Below are positions 18,880 to 32,700 of a stretch of DNA of 64,000 bases, in pieces (the stretch's first letter is position 1; each line of letters opens with the position of its first letter). The stretch covers positions 3,568 to 67,567 of the forward strand of contig NW_015171566.1 of the NCBI RefSeq assembly GCF_001447785.1. The letters run 5' to 3'. The translations under genes were made by a program, and so were the position numbers. Below the pieces are notes generated by a model. It saw nothing but the letters and a program-made list of their open reading frames with translations, had not been told where the DNA came from and did not search any database. Origin of the DNA: Gekko japonicus. Lineage: Eukaryota.

Positions 18880-19480
18880 TCCGAGTGGCTATTTAAGGCC
18901 GCTCCCATGATGCCTTGCAGCACCCACGCCCAAGCCAAGGGGCTCCCGACAAGCTTTGCGTCTAGTCATGGCCCTGAGGGCGGGGCTCCCGTACAGGAAA
19001 GGGCGGGGATAGCCCTTAAGGGGGCTGGGCTCCCCTCCAAACCTTTCCACGTGCGCGCGGTTGCGTAGGGAACGCGACGCCGGTGACGGTTAGTGAAAAC
19101 GTACGCGGACGGGGGAGGGGGTTAGAACGAGGGGAATCGAGGTAGAATCTGAGCATGCGCACAAAGAATCGGACGCGGGATTTCCCCTCCCTTTACCGTC
19201 GAGAGATGATTGCTTACGCCTCTTGCCTGATATGTTAGTTCCCGGATTCTTCCACTGTAGGCGAAGAAACCCCGGGTTGTGAACGGAACAGTCCCGTGTC
19301 ACGTGACGTTGGGCTGCGCGAGTTGTGCCGGGAAATATTGTGCCCTTTTGGGAACGTTTCTATGCCGGCAATTGGAATCCCGTCATGCCATGCGCTTCCT
19401 AGTCCCGTCTTCTCGTGACCGGAAGCCGCTGAGGCTCTTGGGTGTTGTAGTCATTTATTTACAGACCGCTGATTTGAAGG
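18880..19480. promoter_or_regulatory. CpG-rich bidirectional promoter of HCFC1R1/THOC6
   Basis: High CpG density between divergent genes. Motifs: Staf/ZNF143-like CTCCCATGATGCCTTGC (18902-18918), NRF1-like GCATGCGCA (~19153), palindromic E-box GTCACGTGAC (19298-19307), ETS CCGGAAG (19419-19425), ACTACA-SBS on the minus strand (19431-19452). Candidate HCFC1R1 first-exon donor GTAAGC at 19217 (-). Confidence 0.75.
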
Positions 19481-19877
19481 TACCATGAGGAGAATAGTCA
19501 TAGATGAGAAAATTAGGACGTGGTTTGGAATATAATAGAAATGGAGGAAGTCATGGATACCCCCGCAATGCAGTGCAGCCAGCCAAATAATTTTAGGCAA
19601 CTAGTTACATTCATTTCTAATGGGACTGCTGATCCTGGAAATGTCCCACTTCCTGTTTTTAAGCAAAACACTGGCTCTACTTTAAATATATTTTGGGTCT
19701 GTAGAAGTTCATTCTCTAAGAGTTTCAGGGTTCTAGTGCTGTGGCATGTAAATACACGCAGGCACAGCTTTTGTCTTCTCCCATTAACTGCTTGTCTTGA
19801 CATTAATGGTTGGTGAGTGCTTAAAAGCTGTGGTTACAGATTTACTGTTGTATGCTTTCTGAAGACAAACTAACATG

Positions 19878-20243
19878 GGCCCCGGTAACACGGGCCGGAT
19901 ATCGCGGGGGGGAGGCATGGCTAATTGCCCCGGTGCAGTTTGATCCGCGATTACGCAATCAGACGCGCCCGCGGCACACCATGGGTCCTTCCCTTGGCAC
20001 CAGCGTGTAAATGAGGGACCGGAGGGGAATGCCGCACGCCATCGCGATCACACCACGGGAGTCTGGAGGCAGCCCATGGCAAACGTTTACTAGTACCTTG
20101 GAGGTACTACTTTTTTAACACACATTTTCGGCGGAAAGCCACGGGTGTGCTCCACTTCCCAGATGTTGGGGTGTGATCGTGCCCAGATAATCCACCCACC
20201 ATCCGTGCCTCTCCCGTGGCAACTTTGCCGTGTGACCGGGGCC
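19878..20243. mobile_element. CpG-rich TIR element (PIF/Harbinger-like MITE) upstream of the first THOC6 coding exon
   Basis: TIR ggccccggt(a/c)acacgg ... ccgtgtgaccggggcc. Confidence 0.6.
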
Positions 20244-20916
20244 ATTGTCAGATTAACATAAAGCAGGCAGAAAGGAACCTTTAGAAATGCTTAAGTGGAA
20301 CAATTCAGGCAGCAATAGTTCATATAAGAATGCAGGAAAGTATGTGGCAACCGCCCCCCCCCAAAAAAAAACCCCAACTCCTGAGCCTTTGACATCTGAA
20401 CGAGAAGGGGGGGGGGGGAAATGAATGAGAAACAGAAATGCAGCCAGTACTGTTGTCCCCATTTGCATCAGCGGAGCTACCAGGCTGAATTATGTCCAGC
20501 AGTACAGAGGGATAATTCCAGGATGTGCTTCATACCTTCAAGCCAAGTCCATCCTGCAATGTGTTTCTTTCCACAGCCTGTAATTGTTGTATATACTGCA
20601 TAGTCTCTGCAGACTGGTGGTTAGTCATGCAGCAGTAAAACAAAATAGATGCCCTTGCCAAGGAACCAGAGGGGACAACTCCATCGGGACGTGAGGGTTT
20701 TCCACAGCCTATCTTTTCTGTGCCTGGTAGACGTTACCCAACATGCAGTGTAGCTAAGCAGTGCCAATCTGGAGGAAATCCAAATTCATCTCTTGATTAA
20801 TCACAACACATATTTTACTTGTGCCCACTTGAAAATTCTCCTTTGAGACTAAAAACCGGGCCAGATTCAGCAAGGCTAATCTTGGAATTACTCCCTCTCT
20901 TTGCTCCTCTCACCAG

Positions 20917-23900
20917 ATGGATATTCAGCGGTCCCTTGAGCTCCTGCATATGACTGTCTATTCTCAGAGCATCTCTCCGTGTGGCAAATATTTAGCGGCT
21001 GGGAACAACTTTGGGGAGATTGGCATATTCAGGTAACCTGCAAGCTTCTGTTTAGACTTGGCCTCTTCTGTTTCATCAGCGCCCCTTCCTGGATTTCTTA
21101 CACTTCACCTTTCTTCCCATCCAGCCTCTCAGCAGCACTGAGTTCAGAGGCCAAGGAAGAGAGCAAGAAGCCAGTGGTATCCTTTGCAGGTAGGTGACTT
21201 GTAAGGTGACGCACAAAGACCCACAAAGAGCTCCCAGGATGCATTGCACTTGCTCATCCCGACCTGATTACTTGTTAGGCTGCTCCTGGGAACTCCATGA
21301 AAACTTTCTAACCTGAATTGCCCTGACTAGCTGGATCTCATCAAAGCTTGGAAGCTAGGCAGAGTTGGCCATATGATTAGTACTTGGGTGGAGGGCCACC
21401 AAGGACAACTGTGGTTGCTGTGCAGAGAAAGGCAATGGCAAACCACCTCTGCTCATCTCTTGCCTTGAAAGCCCCATGGTCCTGGGGTCACAATGAGTCA
21501 GTTGCGTCTTGTGGTCACACAGTCAATTAGGAGTGATGGTCAAGTGTGGTCACACAGTCAATTAGGAGTGATGGAAAAATAGGTCAAACAGAGGTGTTCC
21601 TAAGATGAACTGTGCTCAGTGATGTCAAGCTGTGGCAATCCCACAATGCACTTCACCCCTCATGCTGAATGTGACCTTGAAACATGGTGGCTTCTTCCCA
21701 CAGGCCACGATGGTCCCATCTATGCCATGGTCTCCACAGACCGTCAGCTACTGACTGCTGGTAATGGTGAAGTCAAGGCCTGGAACTGGAGTGAGATTGT
21801 GAAGAAGGTAAGGAAGAGTTCCTTAACCCCTCCCCCCCCTCGCCTGCCTCATTTCTTCTGTGGTGGTGTTAATTCCTTCCTGTCTTGTCCTCTAGGGCTG
21901 CAAGGAAGCCTGGAGCAGGAGGCCACCTTACGGGTAGAGCTCCGTCTTCCTCTTTCATTTGCATCCCGACTTTCTTCTCTCGCACACACATAGATACAGA
22001 CGCAAAGTTCTGTTCTCTGCTTTTCTCCCCAGGAGCAGCCTGGAGGTGCCAGAAATCAACAGCCTTCAGCTCAACCTCAAGGTATGGTCACAGAGCAGTA
22101 TGGAGAGACAGCTTGGTCCCTGCACAGCTGTTTGGTGCTCACAATCACTGGTTTTTTTCCCTCCCTTCCTCCAGGATAATAGTCTTCTGATGGCTGGGGG
22201 AGACTGTGCTATCCACATGATGGATCTGGAGTCCGGAGCCTTTACTGTGAGTCTGGAGGGGGTGGAGAGATTGTGTATCCTGTATTGAAGGCTGTCCCTG
22301 CAGCTGTTCTGATCTCAAGGGGCTCGTGCTCAGTGCTTTCTCCTTGTATCGTTCTAAAACTGAATAAATGACCCTAACCCCAAATCTGTCTCCTCTCCCC
22401 ACCCTGAATTTTTTTGCCAGCTGTTTTCTGGGGTTTTAGTGCACATTTTCTTAGCGGGATTGAACAATCTCTGCAAAGCTGATCTTTCTGTCCATCGGGG
22501 TTGAGAAACCTTAATTCTAACAGAACAATTCCTGTATGCATTATTTCCATCTTCAGAGATGTCATCTCTGGCCACTGGATGCTGGGAACTAATAGTACTG
22601 GAGGAGTGGATCCTCCTGTTCTGTATGTGACCCCCTCTCCCATCCATGGCAGATGCCTCTTCACTCGGTTTGCTGTTGATACCAGAATACTGGCCGGGCT
22701 GTTTTTCTGATTCTGCCTGTTGAGTTTTGCACCATCTCCACTTTCATCTTGTCTTCAACATAGTGTGAGTATCGGGGCCACACAGATTACATCCACTGCC
22801 TGGCGCTTCGGGATCAGCTTCGAGAGTGCCTGTCGGGGAGTGAGGACGGTACTGTGCGCCTTTGGGGTGAGGACCTGTGGCCTCCATGTTCTCGCTGGTG
22901 TTTTTTCTCTTGCTCTTCCCTTCACATCTGGGCTGCCTGTTTTTGTCTGTGGTGTGCCTTAGTAGCAGCTTTGAGAGGTCCTGCCTCCATGTCCTGCCTC
23001 TGGAGGCAGGGCCTTTCGAACAGTGGCCCCTTGCACAGTCACACCCACCAGTATTTGGCTTTACAGTAGTTCAGGAAAATATGCAGGGCCTGCTGAGATT
23101 TGTCTGAACTTAGCCTGCTGTTCTCTTATCTGGCTAACTAGCACAGGTAATGTTAGGACCAGTGTTCCCTCTAAGCTGAGTTAGTGTGAGCTAGCTCACA
23201 GTTTTTTAGCCTCCGGCTCACACATTTTTGTCTTAGCTCAGGAAGGATGGCTCCAGAGCAAACTAATTTATGTAGTAGCCAAATCTCTTGCTCACAACTT
23301 TAATGCCAGCAGCTCACAAAGTAGAATTTCTGCTCACAAGACTCCACAGCTTAGAGGGAACATTGGTTAGGACTCCATTAGCTTTATGTTTTTAGATTTT
23401 GTTGGTGGCTCAAATATACTCTGTGCTTATATTGCAAGCTGCTTTAGAATGTTGGGAAAACATGAAAGATTATCTTTGGGTTGCTTTGAGTTCCCACCAG
23501 GGAGAAAAATAAAAAAAATAAATAACTGAATGCAAATGCAAACTCTGGATAACTTTCCCAGAATGCTCTGGGACCACCTGCCTCTACCTACGCTGTCTGT
23601 CTTTGATTATGAAATTGGAGGGGAGTTCCTGCCCGCCTTTGGCCTCTGTGGTGGGTGCGGATGATGGAGGTGGTTAACTGGGCACTAGCGTCACCTCTGG
23701 ATCTCCGTTTTGTTTACAGATTTGCGTGCTGGAGGTCAAGTGCAGTGCATCGAAGTGCATAAATACGAGGTATCGGAAGGTCCTGGTTTCTTTTCTCTGC
23801 CCTTGTCTTGAGCTGTCTCCCTCTGCCCCAAAGAACAGAAAAGGCTGCCACTCTAAGAACACTTTCCTGGGAGTAAGGCCCCCCCAAAATAAAAGGAGGC

Positions 23901-26900
23901 TTATTTCCGGTTAGACCTGCTGAGTTGTTCCCCAGTTGTCTTTGTGTCCCTTCTCGCTCACTTGTCTGCTTTCGTCCATCTAGCCATGGTAATTTCTTTT
24001 TGGATTTACAAATTTAACAAACTTCACTCACCACAAACTGAAGCCTAAAAGGCTCCCGAGGCAACCTCCAACCAGAAATTAAAAGCAATAGAAATAATAA
24101 TACCACAGCGCCCACAAGGCAGCCTGAAGGAAGCAGATTATAAGAGCTAAAAACATTCTAAAATAATTAAGAAACATTAGAAAGATTTTTAAAAAACAGC
24201 CATAAATCTTTTCTTGATTGTTTCCCCTGGCTTTGTTTTTTGATCGACTGGCTGGGAGAAGAAGAATGTTTTTACTTGGTACTTGAAACGAAAAAGGCCA
24301 GATGGAGGGTCATTCTCTGGATGGGAGAGAGTTCCAACTGAGGGAGGACCCACTATTGAGAAGACCCTCTAGCCCTGAGGTCTCGAATTCATTTGTTACC
24401 AGGGCCAGATCTGACATAAACGTATGTCACTTTGTCGGGCCAGACCATGTGAGCCATAAAACGTAATGCCAGATACTGGAGATATAAACTATAGACTACA
24501 GCAGCTGGTAAGCTCTGAGTTGTTGTATCTTCACTGCAAGGCCCCATGGGCTGGGAAGGGGGTGCAAAGGAAAACCCATATGAGTGGACTGGACAGCCAG
24601 CGGTGCAGCACTGGACAGACGCTCCCACGCTGCTTGACTGCTGCAGAAGAGATTGTTCTGCCGTGCTGAAGCCACAGTTGGGAGTGGCTCTGCCCACTCC
24701 CCCCCCCAGCAGTCTCCCGCTCCCTCCTTTGCGCTAGTTGCTCACGGGCCACATAAGAGCCCTGGATGGGCCGGTTCTGGCCCCCGGGCCTTACGTTTGA
24801 CACCCCTGCTCTAGCCACCCAGCTCACCTCTGTCAGCAGGAGGCATACAAAGCCTGAGGGGTTAAGTCCTCTTTGTTGGGAGCAGGTGATCCTTCAAATG
24901 AGGACGAGAACTCTGAAATGAAGCGTTTCGCAAAAGAATTAAAAAGCATTTTTTAAGCCTGCAACTTTAAATCAGAATTTCAAAATGTGTGGGAATGTTA
25001 AACTCCTACACGATCACAGTGGCGTCTAACTGAAGCAAGATAAGCCTCTGGGTAAGCTAAGCATTCTGCATTTCCAGTAAGGCTGTTTAGGTTTCCGCTT
25101 ACCAGATCGATCAGCAGCATTCCCACCGCCTTCTGTTTTCAACATTCACCTCCACTCCCCCTAGGAATGCAGCCGGCCACAGAACGGGAAGTGGATCCGT
25201 TGCCTGGCAACAGACTCGGACTGGATGGTGAGTGTCTCCGTTTCTGCTGCTGAATGAAAATTGCGAGCTTCCCCAAAGTACCCAAGGCTGGGATGTACCA
25301 AATTTGGGGGTTCCCAGCACTCGGTGGGCTTCAACTGTTCTTGGTTGACATCAGCTCCTCCTTTGGAGCGCCCTCTCTCCCCTCCCACCCCGTCTCTTTT
25401 GAAACTGAAGTAAGGTAGGACGTTTGAGGGAGAAGCTGTGGCTGAGTCTTCCTGCATCACTTGAGGGAACAACAGGGTTGTCGGGAGCGCTCCTGTTGTG
25501 AAGCACTTGTGGGTACCCCAGGCCCATAACGATTTTGGGGCCCTGCCCCCTTAATTAAAAGCCTAGGCCCCAAAATAGCCATATTTTTGAGCTTTGAAGG
25601 GCACTTTAGAGTGGCACCTTCAACACATCTCCAACAATCCCCCTTTCCACTAGCCCAGTCCTGCTGATAGACCACCTAGGTTACGGTGAGTCTTTCAGAA
25701 GCATTCCCATGAGCCTTTGGGAAACACGCAAAGGCTAATCGGGATGCTTTTGAAAGCTTCACCATGACCTAGGTGGTCTACGGCAGGACTGGGCTAGCGG
25801 AAAGGGGGATGATCAGCGAAGTGTTGAGGGTGCCACTCTTGAGTGCCCTTCTGAGCTCTCTTGCCCTGTGGAAGGAAACTCAAAAGGCATTTAAATGCCC
25901 TCTGAGCAATGCTCCCTCTAAGCTGTGGAGTCTTGTGAGCAAAAATTCTACTTTGCGAGCTCCTGGCATTAAAGTTGGGAGCGAGCGATTTGGCTACTGT
26001 GTAAATTAGTTTGCTCTGGAGCCATCCTTCCTGAGCTAAGGCAAAAATGCGTGAGCCGGAGGCTAAAAAACTGTAAGCTAGCTCACACTAACTCAGCTTA
26101 GAGGGAACACTGCCTCTGAGCTATTTTTTTCCCCTAGGAACTGACACGCTGGCTGCCCTGTCCCTTGAAAGGAAGGGCTAGAAACAAGCTCAGAGCCTCC
26201 CCCTTTAAAGACAGGCGTTCAGATGACTTAACTTAAATCTAACTGCCCCCTTAAAAATTTAAATGCCCCCCCCCCACAAATAATCCTGGCTACGGGCCCA
26301 GGGCATCTGAACCCTTCGTTCTTTCTCCTTCCCCAGGTGTGTGGTGGGGGCCCAGCACTGACCCTGTGGCACCTTCGGTCGGTCACACCCACCACCGTCT
26401 TCCCCTTGCCGCAGTGTCAGCAGCAGGTCATGTTCTACCAGGACCTGGTGAGTTGTCTGCCTCTGGGGCTGCCCTCCCACTCTCTTGCTATCGCATCCCC
26501 TTCCTTTCTTCCTCCTCTCGACCTCTGCATGGAAGGAATCGAAAAGCAGTGTTTGGTTGGTTTCCTTCGTTCGTTCTTCTCTTCTGTGCCGGGAGTCGTT
26601 CTGTTCTCCTCCTGAACGGCGTCTCCCGTCCTCCTTCAAAACTGCCTTCCACAGATCCTCTCTGCTGGCCACAGCCCAGCCATCAACCATTTGCAGATCA
26701 GCGGGGAAGTGAAGGCCCAGATCCCCTGCGTCCCCCGGTGCGTCCACTCACTTTCCATCAACGAACACTCCCCAGAGCACAAGGTACCCACTGGGTGGGG
26801 ACTGGCTGAGGAGAGGGAGTGGGGAGGCCTCCAAGGCTTGGGAGATCTGGGTTTCTACAAGGGGAAGGGGGTCTGGGTGCGATGGGGGGGGGAGGCCTAG

Positions 26901-28576
26901 ATTTGACAGGTGAGGCATCAGAACGTGAGTGGTGCTACCGAGGACAAGACCCAAGCGTGTCTGGGAAGTGGATTGCAAGTGTTCAGCCTCTGTGAGGCAG
27001 GCGCTTGCAATGCAGAGAGTGTAAATATTATTACTTTCAGTTTCTATACCGATCGAACCCCGAAGGGTCTCTGAGCGGTTTACATACACAAGTTAATTGC
27101 CTATCTAGGGCCACATTTTTACATCGGGAAGTGACTGCCTACCGGCACCCAGGCAGCAGTGCTCTGTTGGTATTCGGCTCCCCACCTTGGTGCCCCCTGG
27201 CACTCTTCCTGGCACCCGCCGAGCGTTTTCAGAAGGAAGGTGGGGCTTTTGCCTAGCTAGTCTTCTGATGGGCAGTGCAGATTTTAAAAAATGTTGCGAA
27301 GAAGAAGAAGAGTTGGGTTTATACCCTGCCCTTCACTTGGTGTCTCAGTGGGTTACAAACTCCTTTCCCTTCCCCTCCCCACAACAGACAGCCTGTGAGG
27401 TAGGTGGGGTTGATAGGAGGAGGAGGAGGAGAGGAGATTGAATTTATACCCCGCCCTTCACTTGGAGTCTCAGAGCGGCTTACAAACTCCTTTCCCTTCC
27501 CCTCCCCACAACAGACACCCTGTGAGGTGGGTGGGGCTGAGAGAATTCTGACAGAAACTGCTCTTTTCCAAGGACAGCTGTGCCAGAGCTTGTGACTGAC
27601 CCAAGGTCACATCAGCAGGTGCAAGTGGAGGAGTGGGGATTCAAACCCAGTTCTCCCAGATTAGAGTCCGCACACTTAACCACTACCACTTAACCAGTCT
27701 GAGAGAACTGCTCTTGAGAGAACAGCTCTGAAAGAACGTGTGACAGGCCCTGGCAATGTTCCCTCTAAGCCGTGGAGTCTTGTGAGCAAGAATTCTACTT
27801 GGTGAGCTACTGGCAGTAAAGTTGTGAGTGAGCCATTTGGCTACTGCATCAATGAGTTTGCTCTGCAGCCCTCCTTCCTGAGCGAAGACAAAAATGTGTG
27901 AGCCGGAGGCTAAAAACCTGTGAGCTAGCTTACACTGACTCAGCTTAGAGGGAACACTGGGCCCAAGGTCACCCGGCTGGCTGCCTGTGGAAGAGTGGGG
28001 AAATCAAACCTGGTTCTCCAGATTAGAGTCTGCCACTCTTAACTACTACACCAAACTTTGGCAGCAGTTGCCACCACAGTACAAAGGTCTTCACCGTGTG
28101 AGGGGAGGGTGAGCTGCAGCAGGCATTGTGTGGCTGGGTCCGCCTTCTGCGGCAGCCATTTTTATTGCAGCTGTGCCCGTCACACACAGTCAAAATGCCA
28201 AAGGTGCCCAGAGGCTCAAAAAAGTTGAGGACCCCTGGCGTAAAGACATAGTACTGAGTGGGGTTCTGGGACGGGAGCATTTTCGATTTAATAGGCAGGA
28301 CCCAGGATTGCGATAACAAGAAACTTTCTCCCGCAAAAGGGCGTGCAACACTGCTTTCCCACGGGGGGTGCCGTAACACATTTTGGAATGCTGGTTCCGT
28401 TCCATGAGAACTGGAGGCAGAACAGGCGTGTTAAAGAGGAGGGGATCCTGCGCACCCTTTACTCACCCCCATCCCCTGCTCTCTCCCATCAGGTGCTCAC
28501 TGCGGCTGGAAGCAGCCACCGGATCGACGTCTTCACCAACTTCAGTTACCGGGCCTTTTCCCTCACCTTCACCTAG
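20917..28576 (+). CDS. THOC6: THO complex subunit 6 (WD40), coding exons 20917-21032, 21125-21189, 21704-21807, 21896-21933, 22033-22081, 22175-22246, 22764-22866, 23720-23769, 25165-25227, 26337-26447, 26655-26783, 28493-28576; about 327 aa
   Basis: Translation [57 protein letters not shown]...[12 protein letters not shown]...[24 protein letters not shown]...[16 protein letters not shown] matches THOC6. All introns are GT-AG and phases are consistent (984 nt). A short upstream coding exon cannot be excluded. Confidence 0.95.
23160..23365. mobile_element. ~206-bp hAT-type MITE (TIR CA(G/A)TGTTCCCTCTAAGCTG); other copies ~2232-2438, 25907-26112, 27753-27959, 34512-34717, 46354-46559, 47451-47654, 61317-61521
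   Basis: Near-perfect TIRs; 8-bp TSD gttaggac (23152-23159/23366-23373) and cctctgag (25899-25906/26113-26120). Confidence 0.88.
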
Positions 28577-29758
28577 TGCTCTCCCCTGTGCCTTCTCTGT
28601 CTCTCTCTCTCCCTTTGGGTAAAGCTATTTCTAGTCTGGTATCAGAACAGGGAACACCTGGGCAGATCCACCTCCTCGGGATCGGCTGCTTTTGGCGAGC
28701 GTCACCTATCTGTGCCGCCCAGTTAGGAAGAGCTCTCCTTCTCCTCATGCTTCCCGGGGAGCAAAATTTCACAAGATTTGTGTGCCAGTGACATTCAGCC
28801 TTTGTTGCACCCAGAATTGCCACCCCTTCTGCAATCGACAGTGTCAAACTTTGGAGCTCTGGGGTAGAGCAGCCTTTTTTTTGCTCACCCAAGCCTAAAG
28901 CTTGGCCTCTGGTGCTGATTGGCGGCCTGTGGGGTCTAGGCCTGCAGGGAGCTGCACACATAGACCTATCTCTGAGTAGTACAGCACAGTGGGAGGGATC
29001 TTTACCTCTCCCTTCAGTGCTGGTTGGAGGAATACGTGGCTTTCAGCATGCATCTCCAACCCGGTTTTCACTGCCTGTTCCCAGACGTTATAAGCTATGG
29101 AACACCCCTTTGCAAATCAAAGGGACCTGAAGGTATGCAGTTAATCGGGATTAGAGGAAGTGTTTTTCTTCCAGTCCTCAGTAACACCCCCCTTTCCCAG
29201 GAGTCTTATCATTTCAAAAGGACCAGAGCTCTTAAAAATTTATGGCATCTTGAATTCCAAGAGGGGAGTAAATTTCAGCGCTCTCCCCCCACTATGGTCA
29301 GTTCACATGGTCTGAATAAGGCCTGTTCCCTTCCCTCCTCTGTTTTCTGTCTTCCTTTCCTTTTTTTTTTAACTTTCCAACTTGTGCTCTACTGCCTTCA
29401 ACATTCGATACCACCTGGAGTGTATGAGCATGCTCAGTTGTCACTATGTACCATAGACAGGAATGCATTAAATCGCTCTCAAACTGAAATGCCATTACAA
29501 GCAACTTTTGTTGTGTAATTGATGTGTTTTCAATGGACCTAGAGGCGGCGGCAAGGGTGCGGAGAATTCCACTGTCTGGAAGCCCTTTAATTGTTTCTGT
29601 TTCAGTGTTCTGTGCACCTGCATGGCTTTAAGGTTTTTCTTCTGTAATCCCGAGGACTGGAAAGAAAACAGTGTGGTCCTCAAAACTCTGGGAAAGCGAA
29701 TGACAGAAAGAGCCAGTTCTGAACTTCAGAACAAGCACAGTTACTTGGGAGTCTTCGC

Positions 29759-32700
29759 TCAGGACTCCAGCCCTTTTCCTCCACCCACTTCCACCTCCTC
29801 ATACATGTGTTCCTCCTCCATCCTCTTAAGCTCCTTCAGATCTTCCCGATGCTTTTCTTTAAACTGCTGGAGAGCCACCATCTTCTCAGGGCCTTCACCG
29901 ACACCGCGGACCCCTGGCTGGCCATCCGGAAGCAGGTATCCCACCACGTCGGCCAGCATGGCTTCAGCTTCATGGCGGAGGGCCTGCAAGGCTAAGGGCC
30001 CATAGATGGTGGGGCCAGATTTGTAGCCCTTGCTGAAGAGGTTGACGGGCCGCAGGAAGTAGTGAGGCAGGTTGCCTTTTGCGAGGGTGTGAATGAGGAT
30101 CTTCAAGAGATGCTGCACTGAGGACAGCAGAGTTTCCCAGGGTGCCTCCTGAGGGTAGATTTCACAGCACCACAGCAGAAGGGTCTGCAGAAAATGGAGG
30201 GGGAAGAGAGATGTTAACCCGATCCCACAGTCACCATTGGCAGGGGAGGCCCCACAACTTCCAAATGCGTGAATGGCGTTTAGGGGGCTAGGTGGGTGTG
30301 CTTCGATATCAGGGACTGTGGGGAGGGAACTGGGGTGTCCGTGCACAACAGACGACTAGTTAGCGAGGCTGAGAGGAAGAAGAGTTGGATTCATACCCTT
30401 CACTCAGAGTCTTAGAGCGGCTTACAATCGCCTTCCTTTCCCCTCCCCACAACAGACACCCTGTGAGGTAGATGGGGCTGAGAGAACAGCTCTGAGAGGA
30501 CTGTGACTGACCCAAGGCCACCCAGCGGGCTGCACGTGGAGGAGTGGGGAATCAAACCCGCCGGTTCTCCAGTTTAGAGTCTGCCACTCTTAACCACTAC
30601 GCCAAAGGTGATTATACAGTCGAGGTCAGCAGCTGGCATTCTTCAAGAGCGGTGTCTCAGGCAGCGTGGAGGGAAGGGTGAGAGGAAAAGAGTATGGGAT
30701 GAAAAGATGGGGGGACCCCAAGAGGAGCTGGTGGGGGATATTGCTGGTTGGTCATTTTGAAAAGTATGGATTGGGGGGGGGGGGGAAGCTGCCTTTTCAC
30801 ATCCATCAGTAAGCACTGCACTTGCATCAGGCGTTTATTCCCGCCGCCCCCCGCTTTGCCATGCTGTCTTAAGGGCTAGAAACACGCTTGTGCTTTAGCT
30901 GAAAGACATGATCAGGCTGCCCAGCACAAGTGGACAAAGAAAGGATTGCTTCATCTACCCCCCCACCCCCACCCCGGCACTGCATGATGGGTTTGCTTGG
31001 CAGATTCACCTTGAGGTGGTAGGAAGATAAGAGCTTGCCGTATTCTGGCCTCCATCTTGTACTGCTGACAAACTTCAGGAGTCTCAGAGCTGCCCGTCTC
31101 TGTCCCCCATCAGCATCAACGTCCTTTAGAAGCGCAGCCTCGGCGTTGCTAAATGAGAGCCTAGGCACAGAGAGCGAGAGAGAGAGAGGTCGGGAGCCTC
31201 CTGTATTCTTGGCAATGCTTCACTGTCCTGCTACTTTAGTTTCATGACATCTTAATGTTCCAGAGGTAGGAAAGACCCCCAGTCCTGCTCTAAGCGAAGG
31301 CAGTCCTCCCATGCCTTCAACAGCTTGTCTACGTGGCACCTCCAAACCAGAGAGAATAATGGATGCCTCTCTAGAAAGCAGACCAGTAGAAAACTCTATG
31401 GCATGCATCTATGATTTCATTGTCTGTGTCAGTGGAAATGTTTTCCTGTCTGTAAAGAGGGCGTGTAAATTGTGAATGAGAGTCCTCCCCCTTAGGCATA
31501 ACCTCTGCAGAGGTACCCACCTGTGTCCACCTGCGGTCATAGGAAAGCTGGGGTAGTGTGGGGTTATCTCTGCAACCCCCCCCCCCCCCACACACACACT
31601 TGATTCTGGCAGAGTCACGGGAAAAGCTGCCACCTCCTTTGAGGAAGATGCACTGTCACTGTGTTTGAAATTTAATTTGGAGTGGAGTTAGTTCCTCTGG
31701 CATATTCTTTGGCACTTGAATTCAGCTTGCGATAAATTAGAATTTAACTTTAGGCATAGATGTTCTCAGGCATAGATGTCGTTGCAGTTAAGGTCCAAAC
31801 CAGTTGTAATCCAGGCACCTATCTGTTATTCAGCAGNNNNNNNNNNNNNNNNNNNNNNNNNNNNNNNNNNNNNNNNNNNNNNNNNNNNNNNNNNNNNNNN
31901 NNNNNNNNNNNNNNNNNNNNNNNNNNNNNNNNNNNNNNNNNNNNNNNNNNNNNNNNNNNNNNNNNNNNNNNNNNNNNNNNNNNNNNNNNNNNNNNNNNNN
32001 NNNNNNNNNNNNNNNNNNNNNNNNNNNNNNNNNNNNNNNNNNNNNNNNNNNNNNNNNNGGTGCCGGATTTCTCATCGCACTAGAAACGAGTGCACGGATC
32101 CCCGGGCAGCGCTCAGATGAAGGAGCTTTACAACAAGCAGGGTTTCGGATCCTGAAATGAGTCCGGTAATTTAAAATCGCTTAACTTATCTGAATGAAAT
32201 TTTTCTTCAAAGAATCCTTTTAAGTCAGATTTCAAAAGCAAAAGCATGAAGAGCCAAAAAGTCCTAATTCTGAAATTGTACAAGGCTCTGTTTTCTCTGC
32301 CAGATTTTCTTTAGCGTCACCCTCCTGATCATCACCCCCTCCCCAGTCCATCTTCCCAAACAGATCTGTTTGTCCTTACCTCCAAAATCCACCCTTGGCT
32401 ACCAGGTCCGGCCCGACCTCCTGCAGAACAGCCACTTTCCGGAGGAAGCTCCTCTTCTCGTTGGCCAGGTCCCCAGCCCACCAGTCAGAGAGGTGAGTCA
32501 GGTCTTCCCTCAGCCACTGGTTGGAGAGCTTGAGGGCCCCCTGGATGGCTGGCACCAGCTTCACGGGCACAGCCTCGGGCCCTGCGAGGAAGGACAGCTG
32601 GACGGCTGGACGCAGGGCCTCTAGCTGGGTGTCCTCTGCAGGGAAATCGGACAAAACGTCACACCGGTGAGGGGCGGCAAAAGGACCTTATCTACTGAAT

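Noticed and set aside
19541-19816. Possible THOC6 first coding exon (MEEVMDTPAM...)
   Set aside because: No phase-0 GT donor found that joins it to 20917, so the start was left at 20917.
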